Notes: a model not told the origin generated them from the letters alone. DNA of 64,000 bases from Octopus bimaculoides (GCF_001194135.2 NC_068982.1:52526325-52590324); one strand, 5' to 3'; counted from the first letter of the stretch, positions 1-13,473 are shown. Numbers and translations are program-made.

Positions 1-185
1 TATATAGGGGAAGCATGAGAGAGTTGGGCTATATTTTACATTTCAATATGATACAGATTCTCATTGGATACCTGGCAGCACAGAAAGAATAAATTTTAAA
101 ATTTAGTTCTATTATATTGTCTATTGGAGTCTGCAGGGTGTGTTGCTTTATATAAGCATATGTAATATATATGCATTATATATTG

Positions 186-360
186 GAGGAACGTAGCATA
201 GTGGTTAAGGCGTTTGATTTAGGGATCGGGGAACGTGTTCTCTTCAGCAAAACACTTCATTTTACGGTGCTGGCAAAAATGTGTGATCCTACGACAGACC
301 GGCTTACCGTCCAGGTGGGGAATATATATGCTACAGAAACCAGGAAACTGGTTCTATGAG
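186..360 (+). mobile_element. Degenerate tRNA-derived SINE (family C)
   Basis: A-box-like TAGCATAGTGG, then cagcaaaacacttcatttt and gctacagaaaccaggaaac, matching the copy at 61794-62053. Confidence 0.6.
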
Positions 361-1252
361 TCTATATAACTCGGGAAGAATCTTTATCTGTATATACATT
401 ATATATATATATAATAATTAAACCATATATTATGCACCTTATTGTGTTTTATTATGAGAGTTATCCCCCGGTCTGTGGGGCCAAAAGTGTTCCGAACCGT
501 TGACATTTGGTTTGTTTTATACAAATTATACGCCAGGGCCACAAATGCAATATTACACCTAAGTCCTCTTCAAAAGGCTCTTTTGTTACTGCCGCAGTAA
601 AATTGCAATCTGAAGTCTTGAGGTACACACAAAAAACCAGATGCTCTTTATTTTCCGTTTTTTTTTTTTGCATTTGAATCTAATCACCAAGACTAATGCG
701 CTACTATGGCAACTCAAGTGAGGTAATATATGTGATCAAAAGAATGTGAAATTTTTTGAGAAATGTTTTCTTGTTTCAACACATTTATCATATATTGCTT
801 ATAGCAGTAATATGTATTTTCTGTCGTTTAGAAATTTGCAATTCTGTGATTGTATTAATTCCTATCCACTCTTTCTTTACACCTGCATATACTCATCATT
901 ATGCACATCTTGTAATTAATCTTAATCTAATTGCGGGAGGAGCCCCAGGATTTCATCCCACAGATATTTGCCTTCTCAATGGTAATGCCATCTTCTACGA
1001 ATACATAAATGTATCTGATTTCCCAAATAAGTTGCGCTTCGTGTATGAAGTTTTGTTTTAACCGTAAGATGTTACTCGGGCACTCAACTGAGTTCACCGC
1101 GTCTTATTGTAGAAACACCTGTAAGCTAATGAAGTTCATAAGATTATCGGTTATTCCTTTGTCATCTCTCTTTTCTTATTACTGTTCTGTACCGCTTAGA
1201 AGCATATGTATATTGAGTACTACGCCAGGTTACTAGTGCCGCAATGTCTAAG

Positions 1253-1301
<49 letters not shown>

Positions 1302-1370
1302 NNNNNNNNNNNNNNNNNNNNNNNNNNNNNNNNNNNNNNNNNNNNNNNNNNNNNNNNNNNNNNNNNNNNN

Positions 1371-1402
<32 letters not shown>

Positions 1403-1589
1403 GGGGAAGGCAATTTTGAAGTTATTAAAAGTTTATTATTTGCAAGAAATCGATCATTATCCCTTACAGCTGTTTCAATTATACACAGTGAAATTAATTA
1501 AATATTAAATTCATATTTCTGAGCATAATCACTCCAGAGGGGAAAAATATACCCTTAGATGTTTTGTATGTTTGATTGTTCATCACAGC

Positions 1590-1925
1590 AGACTCATACA
1601 CAGACCTATCACCCCCCACCCAAATATTAGGTATTGAAACTGCATATGTGGAAATCTGTGGGTGTGTTTGTTTGTGGCGTTGTTATCTAACTCCTCCCAC
1701 ATCGTTTTATCGATTTTGATGAAACTTGACACGTGAGTAGAACTCATGTCTGGAAAGATCGTGGCATACATAGATTGTTGAAAAATCGATCATAGGGCCC
1801 CTGGAAGGTATTCTTATATATATTACATATAACTAATATATATTCTTTTTAAACATCCAAGGGAAATAACCCATTCGCTCCTGAAAGGCTTCCTTATATA
1901 TAGCCAAGGGAAATAACCCTTTCAT
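1590..1925. mobile_element. Possible Helentron/DINE-1-like non-autonomous fragment
   Basis: ctcctcccacatcgttttatcgattttgatgaaacttgacac and two copies of ccaagggaaataaccc resemble motifs I recall from HINE/DINE-1-type elements. Confidence 0.35.
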
Positions 1926-2147
1926 GTTCGTAAATTATTTCGTATAAATCAAATTGAGTATGCTTATTTCTAAGTATTTGAACTGTTTGAGTTATTTTCG
2001 CAATTTATCCAGTACAATGCTTAAACAAGTAAATAGTATTTTCCTAAACAATAGATTCACTTATTTCGGTTAGTGACTTATTTACGAATATACCAACACT
2101 AGCGCCGCGGAGTGTAATGTTCTCTGCGAACGCACAAAAAGATTTTT

Positions 2148-3800
2148 TCACTTGCAACCTCTGCCCTCCCTTTCAGGGATAGCTGCTACTCAGATCACGT
2201 CTGAGTGAGGAAAGTAACCCTGCTCGCCACCTCACTCCAGTTCTTCTCTATGTGGAGATCCGCACCTAACCAGATTCCAAGTATGTTCACCGGACCGTCC
2301 GTTTGCGCCTCCCCGACAGGTCTACTCACGACCCGCGCCAACCTTTTTTCTAAAACCTTGACCAGAATCTTCAACTCAGCGTTAAGCAGAGTGATGAACC
2401 TAAAATTATCAATTACATCCCCCTTGTTTTGGTTCTTTCTTAGCAACGTCACAATCACCCCGGCTCACAGACTTGGGAATCCTCCCGCTCTGCTGCCAGT
2501 TGGTATAGACGCATGCAAGTAGGTGTCTAAAGAAGTCTGGCACATTATAATACAGTTCATAGCGGAGACCATCTAGTCCCGGCGACTTGTCTCCGCTGCA
2601 GTCTGGTAACACCTACTCCACCTCCGCAGCTATGATCGGCCCTTTACAACCCTCCGCATCCTGCTCCGAGAGACGCGGCGAGGAAGTCCGCGAGTTATTC
2701 CTCACGCTCCGGTCCACCGCCCCTCCCGAAAAGCTGGGCGAAATGCTCGTGAAACACCTTGCACATCTCCCCGGGTTCATATACTGAACGACCATTTTGG
2801 TCCGTCAAAGAACGTATGGTTGAATTGTTGCCGCGTTGACTCTCTACCACAACGCGTTGACTCTCTACCATTCGGCGACGTTGATTCCCTCTTATCCCAT
2901 TGCACGTAACTTAGCCCTGACAATGCACCCTTCGTGTTTAGCTTTGTGATGTTGGTCCATCGCCAACCTCACCGCTAAAACTTTGGATGCAGAGCCTGAC
3001 CTCATTGCCTCTTCTAGAGCCTTTCTACTCTATTTGTAGTCCTTTCTACTCTATTTGTAGTCCTTTCTACTCTATTTGTAGTCCTTTCTACTCTATTTGT
3101 AGTCCTTTCTACTCTATTTCTAGTCTTTTCTACTCTATTTCTAGCACTAGCTAATTCCTTACTGAACCTAATTGACTCAAATTTTATGGCTCTTTTGAGG
3201 GTATGCCACCATTTATTATTAATAATGGAGCCGGTTAATGCCCTCATTGCTAGCTGTCTAATCCGGTTCCTGTAGGTTTCACAGTCCAAGAGCGACTTGT
3301 TTAGCTTCCAGTAACTGGATCTCTGTCTACATATATCTAGATCAAGCGTACAAGTCACAAATTTGTGGTCACTGTAGTTGACAATATGCTGTTGCGCATA
3401 ACTAACTGTCTTCTTATCCTTACTTCTAACAATAATCCTGTCTAGATAAGATCTGGACGACCCATCGTTAGTTGCCCATGTCCACAATGGAACGTTTGGG
3501 TGGTCCAGTCTGAATCGGTCTGCCTGCTGAAAATGACTTAGCAGACCGCTGAGACAAGGGTTTCCCCTCCTATCCGGGTTCGAGCCAACACAATCTACGC
3601 GTGCATCGCAGATTGTGTTAAAGTCACCTACTAACAACATTAACATGTGCGACGTTCCTTAGAAAATTCTCCAGGCTTCTGAAGTAGTTCGACTATCCAG
3701 CTTCACAGGGAGCATAGACAGCCACCAACCTGAATACCTTAGCACTGTTGTGCGTCACATCTAAGACGACCAACCTGCATTCCGGATGTACAAAAACAGT
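2148..3800 (-). mobile_element. Tx1/L1-clade LINE ORF2 relic (APE endonuclease plus partial RT)
   Basis: RLVVLDV..FRLVAVYAP, GDFN, SYLDRI, YSDHKF, YWKLNKSLL (endonuclease and linker); KSPGLDGL and NFRFITLLNAELKIL (RT start); LSLKGRAEVA. The RT core appears deleted between EAQT and DGPVNILG. Stops and frameshifts present. Confidence 0.9.
3020..3145. repeat. 21-bp minisatellite, about 6 copies (cctttctactctatttgtagt)
   Basis: Directly visible; in frame with the LINE ORF, giving (TNRVERT)n. Confidence 0.9.
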
Positions 3801-4166
3801 TCTTATCTCTAAATTCAGACTTGTGCTTGTGGGTGCGTGTGTGTTTGTGGGTTCGTGTGTGTTTGTGGATGTGTGTGATTGTGGGTGAGTGTGCGTTTGT
3901 GGGTGCGTGTGTGCTTGTTGTGGTAGGTTCGTGTGTGCTTGTGGTTGGTGTGTCTGTGTCTGTTGAGAGGGATCTTTTCTTTTTCTTCTTCTTTTGTTGT
4001 GTAGGTCGATAGTAATCCATTCTGAGTTCTCTGTATCTTTTCTGGTGGCTGCATCTTCAGGTGGTGTCTTCCAGTTGCTTCGTGGCTAGTGGAGGCACCG
4101 CAGCCCTCGCCTCCGGTGTAGTTTCCTCTGCTGTAGAGGAAAGCATAAACAAAACAAGGGGAAAGC

Positions 4167-5005
4167 ATAAACAAAACAAGTCTTTTTGTTCTATGTGTGC
4201 CATAAATATCGCCATCCATTTAGGGAAAAATTTGTAGTTTAGAATCAGTAGTTCTTTGACTGCCATTTCTAAATTTTCAGTATGTTGGAGAAGCAACTCA
4301 ATGCTAATCCCTGTATATTTATGATGATAAATGGTTTTACCGATAAAGGTTTTTTCATACTGAACTACTTGGCAAAATTGTTAATTATTAATTCTATTAT
4401 TAATTGACGATTCCCTGCCCTTATTCTTGTATATTTTATATATATATATATTTANNNNNNNNNNNNNNNNNNNNNNNNNNNNNNNNNNNNNNNNNNNNNN
4501 NNNNNNNNNNNNNNNNNNNNNNNNNNNNNNNNNNNNNNNNNNNNNNNNNNNNNNNNNNNNNNNNNNNNNNNNNNNNNNNNNNNNNNNNNNNNNNNNNNNN
4601 NNNNNNNNNNNNNNNNNNNNNNNNNNNNNNNNNNNNNNNNNNNNNNNNNNNNNNNNNNNNNNNNNNNNNNNNNNNNNNNNNNNNNNNNNNNNNNNNNNNN
4701 NNNNNNNNNNNNNNNNNATAAACAAAACAAGTCTTTTTGTTCTATGTGTGCCATAAATATCGCCATCCATTTAGGGAAAAATTTGTAGTTTAGAATCAGT
4801 AGTTCTTTGACTGCCATTTCTAAATTTTCAGTATGTTGGAGAAGCAACTCAATGCTAATCCCTGTATATTTATGATGATAAATGGTTTTACCGATAAAGG
4901 TTTTTTCATACTGAACTACTTGGCAAAATTGTTAATTATTAATTCTATTATTAATTGACGATTCCCTGCCCTTATTCTTGTATATTTTATATATATATAT
5001 ATTTA
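4167..5005. repeat. Identical ~288-bp direct duplication across an N gap
   Basis: 4167-4454 equals 4718-5005, separated by Ns at 4455-4717. Confidence 0.9.
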
Positions 5006-5017
5006 CACGTATACATA

Positions 5018-5894
5018 TTGGGTTCTCCAAAAGTCACTGATGGTTTTAATTTTTAATAACTTCATTAACTTTACAAATAAATGCATGAAATTTTGATACA
5101 ATATAAAGAATACGATGGAAATTAATATACACAAGTCAAATTTTACAACACATCACATATGAAAACTGACATCGCTTAAATGGCAGCCATTTTGGGCTTC
5201 GCACGCCCGTGCCCTTTCCAAAACTTGCACCATAACACCTCAAGTGTTTCAAACCACACTTCTCTAATTTCTTTATTGATGTTCTTCAGTTGCACCAGGG
5301 TTTCCAGTTTGTTGACAAAAACCGTCTCTTTCTGGTATCTCCACCAGAAAAAATGCGGGCTAGTCAATTTGGGGGACGTGAAGGCCAGTTGATATTGCCG
5401 TAGCAGCAGATTATTCTCTTACCAAAGCACTGCTGTAGCAACTGCATTGTTTCTCTTGCGGTATGAGCTGTTGCCCCATTTTGGTGGAGCCATGTGTGAG
5501 GTCTACTTTGAATAGCCTTCACGTTTCCTAGACTTGACTAGCCCGGATTTTTTCTTGTGGGGGGATACTTGAAAGACACGGTTTACGTCAACAAACCGGA
5601 GACCCTGGTGCAGCTGAAGGAGAACATCAATAGAGAAATCAAACAAGTGGGGTCTGAAACTCTTGAGGGTGTTTTAGTGCAAATTTTGGAAAGAGCACGG
5701 ACTTGCGAAACCGAAAATGGCTGCCATTAAGCGGTGTCATTTTTCATATGTGATATAGTGCTGTTGCAAAATTTGACTTATGCATATTAATTTACATTAT
5801 ATTCTTTATATTGTATCAAAATTTCATGCACTTATATGTGAAGTTAAGGAAGTTATTAAAATTGGAAACCATCAGTGACTTTTGGGACACCCTG
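5018..5894. mobile_element. Foldback Tc1/mariner element of DD41D (rosa/VS) type
   Basis: TA at both ends, terminal cagggtgtcccaaaagt-like TIR. Both arms encode the transposase C-terminus (WPSRSPDLTSPDFFLWGYLKDTVYVNKP). The left arm adds HQNGATAHTARET, giving 41 residues between the second and third catalytic positions. Confidence 0.8.
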
Positions 5895-5926
<32 letters not shown>

Positions 5927-5953
5927 TGTATGCATGTATGTATATATGTATGC

Positions 5954-5990
<37 letters not shown>

Positions 5991-6739
5991 TAGATAGATA
6001 TGTATATATAGGTATATAAGGTGAAATATTAACATGCATATTCCATATACTTTTCCTAGGATATAGTTACAAATTTTGAAAGAGAGATAAGTAAATTAAT
6101 TATACATGCACACGATAGTAGCATATTTGTTAAAATATATACTATAATGTTACTTGTTTTATTCTCCCCGTGTCATTTAGTGTATATTTGTATAGATATA
6201 TGTATATATATATGTGTGTGTGTGTATGCATATATATATATATATATATGCATATACACATACAAATATATAAATATGTGTATGTATGTGTGTATATGTG
6301 TGCATTGTATATAGTGTGTATTTAAAACATCTTTCTACCAATCAGAATTCTCGAAATGCCCTCCAAAGATTTCTCTAATGTTCACTTCACTTCCTATTCT
6401 TCTGTCTTTCTATTTTTCAATCTTCATTTGTTTACGTACAACAATGTGTAAATTAATAACCTAAGGATCTAACTGTAAAAAAAACAAAAAGGAAAATGTC
6501 TGAAGTTTCAATAAATATGGAAGACGGAACTACTTCATAAGATACGCGTTTTACCTTTGTCCTTGTCTTCATCACCCTTTTTCTCTCCCTTCCACTTGTT
6601 GACACTATCTGTTTCTTTGTTTGTTCTTTATTTTCTCGCTCTCACTTTCTCTTGTTTCTCCTTCTCATTTCTTTTATCATTATTGTTTCCTTAATTCGTA
6701 CTCTTTCATAATTTTGGTCCTGTATATATATTTCTTTCA

Positions 6740-6795
<56 letters not shown>

Positions 6796-7096
6796 NNNNN
6801 NNNNNNNNNNNNNNNNNNNNNNNNNNNNNNNNNNNNNNNNNNNNNNNNNNNNNNNNNNNNNNNNNNNNNNNNNNNNNNNNNNNNNNNNNNNNNNNNNNNN
6901 NNNNNNNNNNNNNNNNNNNNNNNNNNNNNNNNNNNNNNNNNNNNNNNNNNNNNNNNNNNNNNNNNNNNNNNNNNNNNNNNNNNNNNNNNNNNNNNNNNNN
7001 NNNNNNNNNNNNNNNNNNNNNNNNNNNNNNNNNNNNNNNNNNNNNNNNNNNNNNNNNNNNNNNNNNNNNNNNNNNNNNNNNNNNNNNNNNNNNNNN

Positions 7097-7153
<57 letters not shown>

Positions 7154-7830
7154 TAGACACGTGTCACTTTCTGTCTTGTGTATTAGCATATAAACGTGCA
7201 AGCATCATTAATTAAATCTAGCTGACATCAATGCAGAATTTTCGCACACACACAGACACAGACACAGACACACAGACACACACACACGCATAATCACATG
7301 AAAATATACATATGGACACGTATACCAACACATAATTTCATTTTACTGGAATCAGCCAACTAAATTACAGCCGAGCCATCCATCTAAACCAAGCAAGTTT
7401 GGACCACGTGGCATTAGTTGCACTGGTTGTCTGTATGTCTAATGAAACTAAATCCAAACCGATAGCAATTTCAATCTCTTGACAGTAAAACCGAGCATCT
7501 ACTGTATTTCGTAACTGTTTTTTTTTTCAACAGATTTCCAGCTTTTCATGTTTGTCATTTAATTTTGCTCCGCCTCCAGTGCTTAAGTCAGCATTTACTG
7601 CTTTGCCAGCTTCCACTGTTGACGATGCTTTAACGCTCTTGCTATAAATTTGCTACTACAATTACTATGAATAAATACAAATCCAAGGCTGTGCCATCTG
7701 TGCATAAATTCTAGGCGATCTACGTAAGTAAGCTGTGTCTGAGGGCTTGTCTGCTTGCGTAAAGCAGAAGCGAAAACACACTCCTATTAGACGAAGAAAC
7801 TGCATCAAGGCCATACCATTCGCGCCATGA

Positions 7831-7924
<94 letters not shown>

Positions 7925-8212
7925 GAAGATGCACTTACATCGTTATGAAAGTTACTATAAGTTACTATTCATTGCTTTCATAGCAGCTATGTGATTAGTT
8001 GATAATATTTCTCAGTGTTTTTTTTATCATATTTACTTCTCTCTTCTTTCCTTGTATTTAATTATTCGTTATTGTTGTTAACGTTGTTGTTGTTGTTATT
8101 GCTGTTGTTGTTGTTGTTGTTATTCTTGTTGTTACTACTGCTGTTTCGCCATTTACACTTCTCAATTAACTTCAACACTTATAAATTTATCAGTAGAACG
8201 AAAACAATAGCA

Positions 8213-8245
<33 letters not shown>

Positions 8246-8307
8246 GCCAAAAAACAAAAAGCAAAAAAACGCGAGAACGACTACACTAATAGTAGTAGTA
8301 GTAGTAA

Positions 8308-8360
<53 letters not shown>

Positions 8361-8385
8361 ATAATAATAATAATAATCATAAAGT

Positions 8386-8660
8386 ACGAAATAGCCCAGC
8401 TATGGAAAATGAAGGTGAAGATAGTGCTAATTATTGTTGGGTCCTTGGAAACAGTATCAGAAGGCATCAAGAGAAATATCAAGGAAATTGGAATAGTGCC
8501 CAGTAGAACTGCTACAAAAAGTTTGCCTCCTTGGCACGGCCAGAATAATCAAGAAAGTATTAGAAAGCTGAAAAGAACGGATAGGACGGTACCGTAGGCA
8601 GCAGGTAGCAAGCCCGATACGAATGCAAGACTCCAGGAGGTCCAACAAAACCAGTGATAA

Positions 8661-8700
<40 letters not shown>
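8386..8700 (+). mobile_element. R4/Dong-like RLE LINE 3' end with (TAA)n tail
   Basis: WKMKVKIVLIIVGSLETV...LLQKVCLLGTARIIKKVL (one frameshift), 3' UTR, TAA repeat. Confidence 0.8.
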
Positions 8701-8702
<2 letters not shown>

Positions 8703-8839
8703 GTAAATAATAATGATGGTACTTTTATATAAGCTTAAAGCTTATGGCGATCACCGTGCAATGACTAAAGAAAATAGTCTAATAAAGGGGCATAGAAGCC
8801 CTCGACAGAAAAAAGAAGGCTTTCCTGAATAACAACACC

Positions 8840-8890
<51 letters not shown>

Positions 8891-8910
8891 AATAATAATA
8901 ATAATAATAA

Positions 8911-9345
8911 AGACCTACCAAAAACTGAGCAAATATAAAGATCTTGAAATAGAAATTAGCAAAATGTGGAATCTGAAGACGAAAACAATACCTATTGTCA
9001 TAGGTGCCCTGGGAATGACAGCGAAACGGGCTGATTACTACCTAGCTCAGATACCAGGAAACCCCAAAATGGCTGAAGTTCTAAAGATAGTGCTCATGGG
9101 AACTGCCCATATCCTACGTAAAATACTGTCTATGTGATCTCAAATTTTAAAGCAGACACATAATTTTCTTATGGTTTCTTAAACATTCACTAGAACAACA
9201 CTGTACAAATCCAAATATATGGTACCCCAGGCATAACACCTACATGAACTTCTAACTTGTTGTCTCTTGAGGTCTCTGGGTGAGACTTGGATCCAACTTG
9301 TACAAATGCAAAACAAAAGTCAAACATAAAATAATAATAATAATA
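8911..9345 (+). mobile_element. R4/Dong-like RLE LINE 3' end
   Basis: Open frame KLSKYKDLEIEISKMWNLKTKTIPIVIGALG...GTAHILRKILSM*, UTR and (AAT)n tail; preceded by (AAC)n(AAT)n. Confidence 0.88.
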
Positions 9346-9737
9346 ATTCTTTCAGGCCCAACGCCTGAAATTTTGTGGAGAGGGAGCTAGTCGATGTAGT
9401 CAGTTGGTAACTATTCCATCGGCCCTGAAAGGTTGATAGATAAAATGGACACTGGTGGAATTTAATGATGATAATGATGATGATGATGAGGAGGAGGATG
9501 ATAACAACAACAACAATAGCAATAACAACAATAGTAATAACAGCAACAATAACAACATAAACAAGGTCGCAAGATTTGAGAGATAGCACAAGCAAGAAAT
9601 AGAATACAAAAGGGTGTTTACATTGCGAAAACCCTCCCGAAAACAATAGATATAATAATAATAAAATTGTGTTATAAAGCGGTCTTTTGCCACTGTTGTA
9701 TCTGTCTTTGAACGACGGTTGACGCTCTGACAGATAT

Positions 9738-10915
9738 TGTTATATTCCGAAGACGTCGATAGGATACTTCTATCTGGCACTGTACGACACTCACTCGTAC
9801 AGTGTAGTTATCCTCAAAATGTTGGATCGTTATAACGTCCACTCATTATCACAGTATAATTACTATATAAGCACAGACCCGACTAGCAACCCAGTCTACA
9901 CGTACTCTCGTACTCTACGTACTATCTCGACACCAACCGACGTAACCTTACTTATAGTGACTGTTTCATTCCACTCGTCACGTGGGAGGGATGTAGTATT
10001 ATTACTGATTCTCTACGTCTCCCCTTTTAAATGTTTGTTTGGGAGCGTCATTTAATGTAGCAATAATATTTCTATTCACCCCACCTCCCTTAACTGAGTT
10101 TTTGTCGAACAATTTAATACTTTTCTCTTGGCATCTATTTTCAGGAGCTTTGTATGTTTTTTTTCCTTTCACTTGTACGCCTTGGTTCAATCACCTGTAG
10201 TGGCGTTCGTACTTGGAACGTATCATACAACCATTCCATGGGTTGCTCCAGCTTCTTTGGTTGATTTTTCACGAATCTCTTTTTCAGTTGGTTCCTGTGT
10301 CACTTTTGTATGCCTTTTCTACTTTTTACCCAATACATCATTTTACATATGTATTTGGTAATTTCGCTCTCTTTCCAGTTCTGCTTTCCATTTTTGTATG
10401 TCCTCATATATACCTTATCACCAACCTCAAAAAAGTCTTGCTATGTCTTCTCTGGCACCATTTCTTTTCTTGCCAGGCAGCAATTTATCAAAAACTGATT
10501 TTACTTTCCTTGAAAACATCAGCTCCGCTGGTGATCTATCTGCTGGTGTATTCAGATTTGGTGTTACACGCTACACTCTTAAAAATTGTTGTAGCGCTAC
10601 CTCCTCCGTGCTTTCCTTATTCGATTTTCTAAGGGCTCTTTGAGGGTATCAATAAAGCGTTCCGCATGTCCATTAGATCTGGGATGGTATGGCGCTGTAG
10701 TCATATGTTCAACCGTGAACATTTCACAATTTTTTAAAAATTCGCTAGACACAAATTGCGTACCATTGTCAGACACTACCTGCGACTACGCGTCCTCGCG
10801 TCCTCTCGTACTCTACGTACTCTCTTGATACCGGCCGACGTAACCTTACTTATAGTAACTGTTTCATTCCACTCGTCACGTGGGAGGGGTGTATCATTAT
10901 TACTAATTACCTACA
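9738..10915 (-). mobile_element. Internally deleted Ty3/Gypsy LTR retrotransposon
   Basis: Integrase VVSDNGTQF...HPRSNGHAERF (D-35-E) and C-terminus RVTPN..SPAELMFSRKVKSVFD at about 10085-10778; PPT aaaaggggaga at 10018-10028; LTR 9738-10017; partial second LTR about 10780-10915. Confidence 0.9.
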
Positions 10916-10919
10916 ACAA

Positions 10920-11760
10920 GAAAAGTTTTTCAATAGGGATGAAACCTACCTACAGTAATTCGGTAAGAAATCCTTCGAAGGAATGGCTCCAGTGCCTTTA
11001 ATTACACAAGAGAAAGAGGGACATCTTTGACGAAGCCTTTGAAGATGCAACTGAAACTGGCTGCCCTTAAGATAAGGATGGTCGACCTGTCGAGAAATTT
11101 TGCTATGATGCAAATTCGCGTCTCGAAATCTTTTCACGTCAAGAGTAGGGAGGGGCGCATTCATCTTCCAATGAACGGGTCCCTGACTATTGTTTTTTTC
11201 TACGTTGGTTATAAAGGTCCAGAATTTGAAGTCTATATAATCAACAACCTGAAACTGAGGCCATCTTACGCTAAGCGTACCTGCTAGCATGGCAAAAACT
11301 CTAAGGACTTGGATGACCTTCTGTGATTTGACCAATTTAATATTAGCGCATTTAGGAAACCAGAGCGAAAGCTGTTAGAAAATTGGAAATACCTCAGAAG
11401 ATTTGCAAGGAATTCTACTCGTAAGCACTCCATAGCACAAATGAGCGAGATGTTCCTTCGAAAGTTTCCAGGCGTCAAAAGAATTATGGCTGTCGAGTTT
11501 TTTGTCGCGGTGCGAACGGATAACAGTCAGAAGACTTCACTGCCGAGTGCATTGCAGTTCACATCCAATTATTAGCGACTACCATATGGATATAAGGAAA
11601 ATCATACTTCTAGATCCAAATGTTTATGAAAAAATACCGCTATGCCATCGACCTTGGTTAATTGAAAGAAGCATAAGTTTCGTCGTCATCTGGAAGTGGG
11701 GATTAGCTAGTGCATCTCAGAAATCTTGAGTTGCCTGATGGCTATCGCATATAGACATAG
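10920..11760 (-). mobile_element. Degenerate Tx1/L1-like endonuclease fragment
   Basis: GIAVFFHKHLDLEV and WPQFQVVDYIDFKF...QGPVHWKMNAPL align by eye with the 2148-3800 element; many stops. Confidence 0.65.
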
Positions 11761-12339
11761 TAGGATGGAATTCCCGAGCTCGTGTCTATGCTTCCACACC
11801 AACCCTAGACCATGGTATCTATACCACCTGTTTTCAGAAGAAGAAGAAGAAGAAGAAGAAGAAGAAGAAAAAGAAGAAGAAGAAGAGAAACAAAAATGTG
11901 CAGTGATTTACCTACTCTGAACTGGTGCTAATCGTTGTAAGGACCATGGATACTCCTATCCGGAATGGTTTAAAACGTTATGTGTAATAAAAAAAGACTT
12001 TGATGCCTTACTAGGAACACTTCTGGACAGAATAACATCAGAAGTGTGTCGTTCCTTAAGAAGGCCTTTTCCCTTTATTCGCGAGAATGAGCTATTGTTG
12101 GGGATAATGTATATTCTAACCTCACTACTCTCTTTCACTAGTCTCTTCTGGTCTCCTTTCAGTACCGCTAACAAACTTTTATCATAGCCAAGGACTAATA
12201 TGTATAGACTATGGAATGCATTGTCACTAACAATAAAAACAGTTTCAAATCTCAAGTGTAAGCTAAAAATTTATTATCATGAACATAGCAGAAAAAGTGT
12301 GCGATATTTGCTGAAAAATGAAATAAAAAACAAACAAAC

Positions 12340-12560
12340 AAGCAAAAAACTCAATGCTTAGCTCCAAACAACTGCTAAACTGAAAATAACGAACAATTAT
12401 TTTAATATCAAACGCAGACGATGCACCCGATTGCAATGAAGCTATTGACCACATCATCCCTGATTGCTCAGTTCCTGTCAAAACCATTCATATTCACAGA
12501 GGTCTGTGAGATGATAGCTTTGTCAACTAGGCAATATACCGGTGCTGAAAATTCTTTTAA
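12340..12560 (+). mobile_element. R4/Dong-like fragment (CCHC region)
   Basis: Homologous to 16860-17000; gaagctattgaccacatcatc encodes EAIDHII. Confidence 0.55.
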
Positions 12561-13473
12561 AGAACAAACAAGGCATTATGGCAAATCTAAAACAAATTCA
12601 ACGAAAAACGAACTAAAATCCAAAATGGTAATGAAGACTAAAGAAGGCCCCATAGAAAAATACAGCAAAATACACAGCCACAAAAAAGACAAAAAACTAC
12701 ACCCATCAGTTATCAGTAAACAGGATTAAAACACATCCGATCAGACCTAACCTCGAAGAGAACAATACAGAAACTAAAAGAGAACATAACAAAATCGATG
12801 AACGTTGATCAACACAGACATCTGCCTAAGTTACACACAAAGAAGAAGCTCCACGAAAGAATAAATAAATGTAACGGGCCCTTAAAGAAAATTTTTTTAT
12901 GGAAATAAACTACCCAAATATCATCAAAATGAATAATCTATCTGCTCAGTTGTAGTTGTCACCATCCACTTGTAAAAATGAAAAACAAATATACTTCGTA
13001 AAATTAAATAAAGTAAAAAATGGAAAAGTTAAGACTTAACATAACTTAACGAAATGGAAATGGATTGCTCTAATTTAAAAAAGAAGAACGAACACAAATA
13101 ACACAAGTGATATCGTTGAAAAGAAGACATTGAAAGTGTTAGAAAAAATATTTTAAACAAATGTATTCAGGATAAAACGCGTCGAACAAATATGAACGCT
13201 TCTTCCTGGAGAATAAGGTATTTGAATACAACAACAAAAAGGTTTTACAAGGACATCCACAAAACCAAAACAAAATATAAAAGGATGATACATTGACATA
13301 AATGGAAATTCATACGGGTTACTGGTAGTGATTATAGAACAACAAACGTTCAGTACAATACGAAAGCACGGTGGATCAGAAGAGAAAAGGGATGTGTGTG
13401 TGTGTATGTATGTGCCTGCGTGCGTTTGTGTATGTATGTGTGCGTACGTGTGTGTCTGTGTATATATATGTAA

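Noticed and set aside
3815-4296. Possible ORF1 of the Tx1-like element
   Set aside because: Low complexity, no diagnostic motif.
10754-10770. Apparent LTR end plus PBS (TGACA-A-TGGTACGC on minus)
   Set aside because: It is the integrase coding sequence SDNGTQ.
11956-12255. Possible CR1/L2-like 3' end (RLWNAL on plus)
   Set aside because: A single short motif only.
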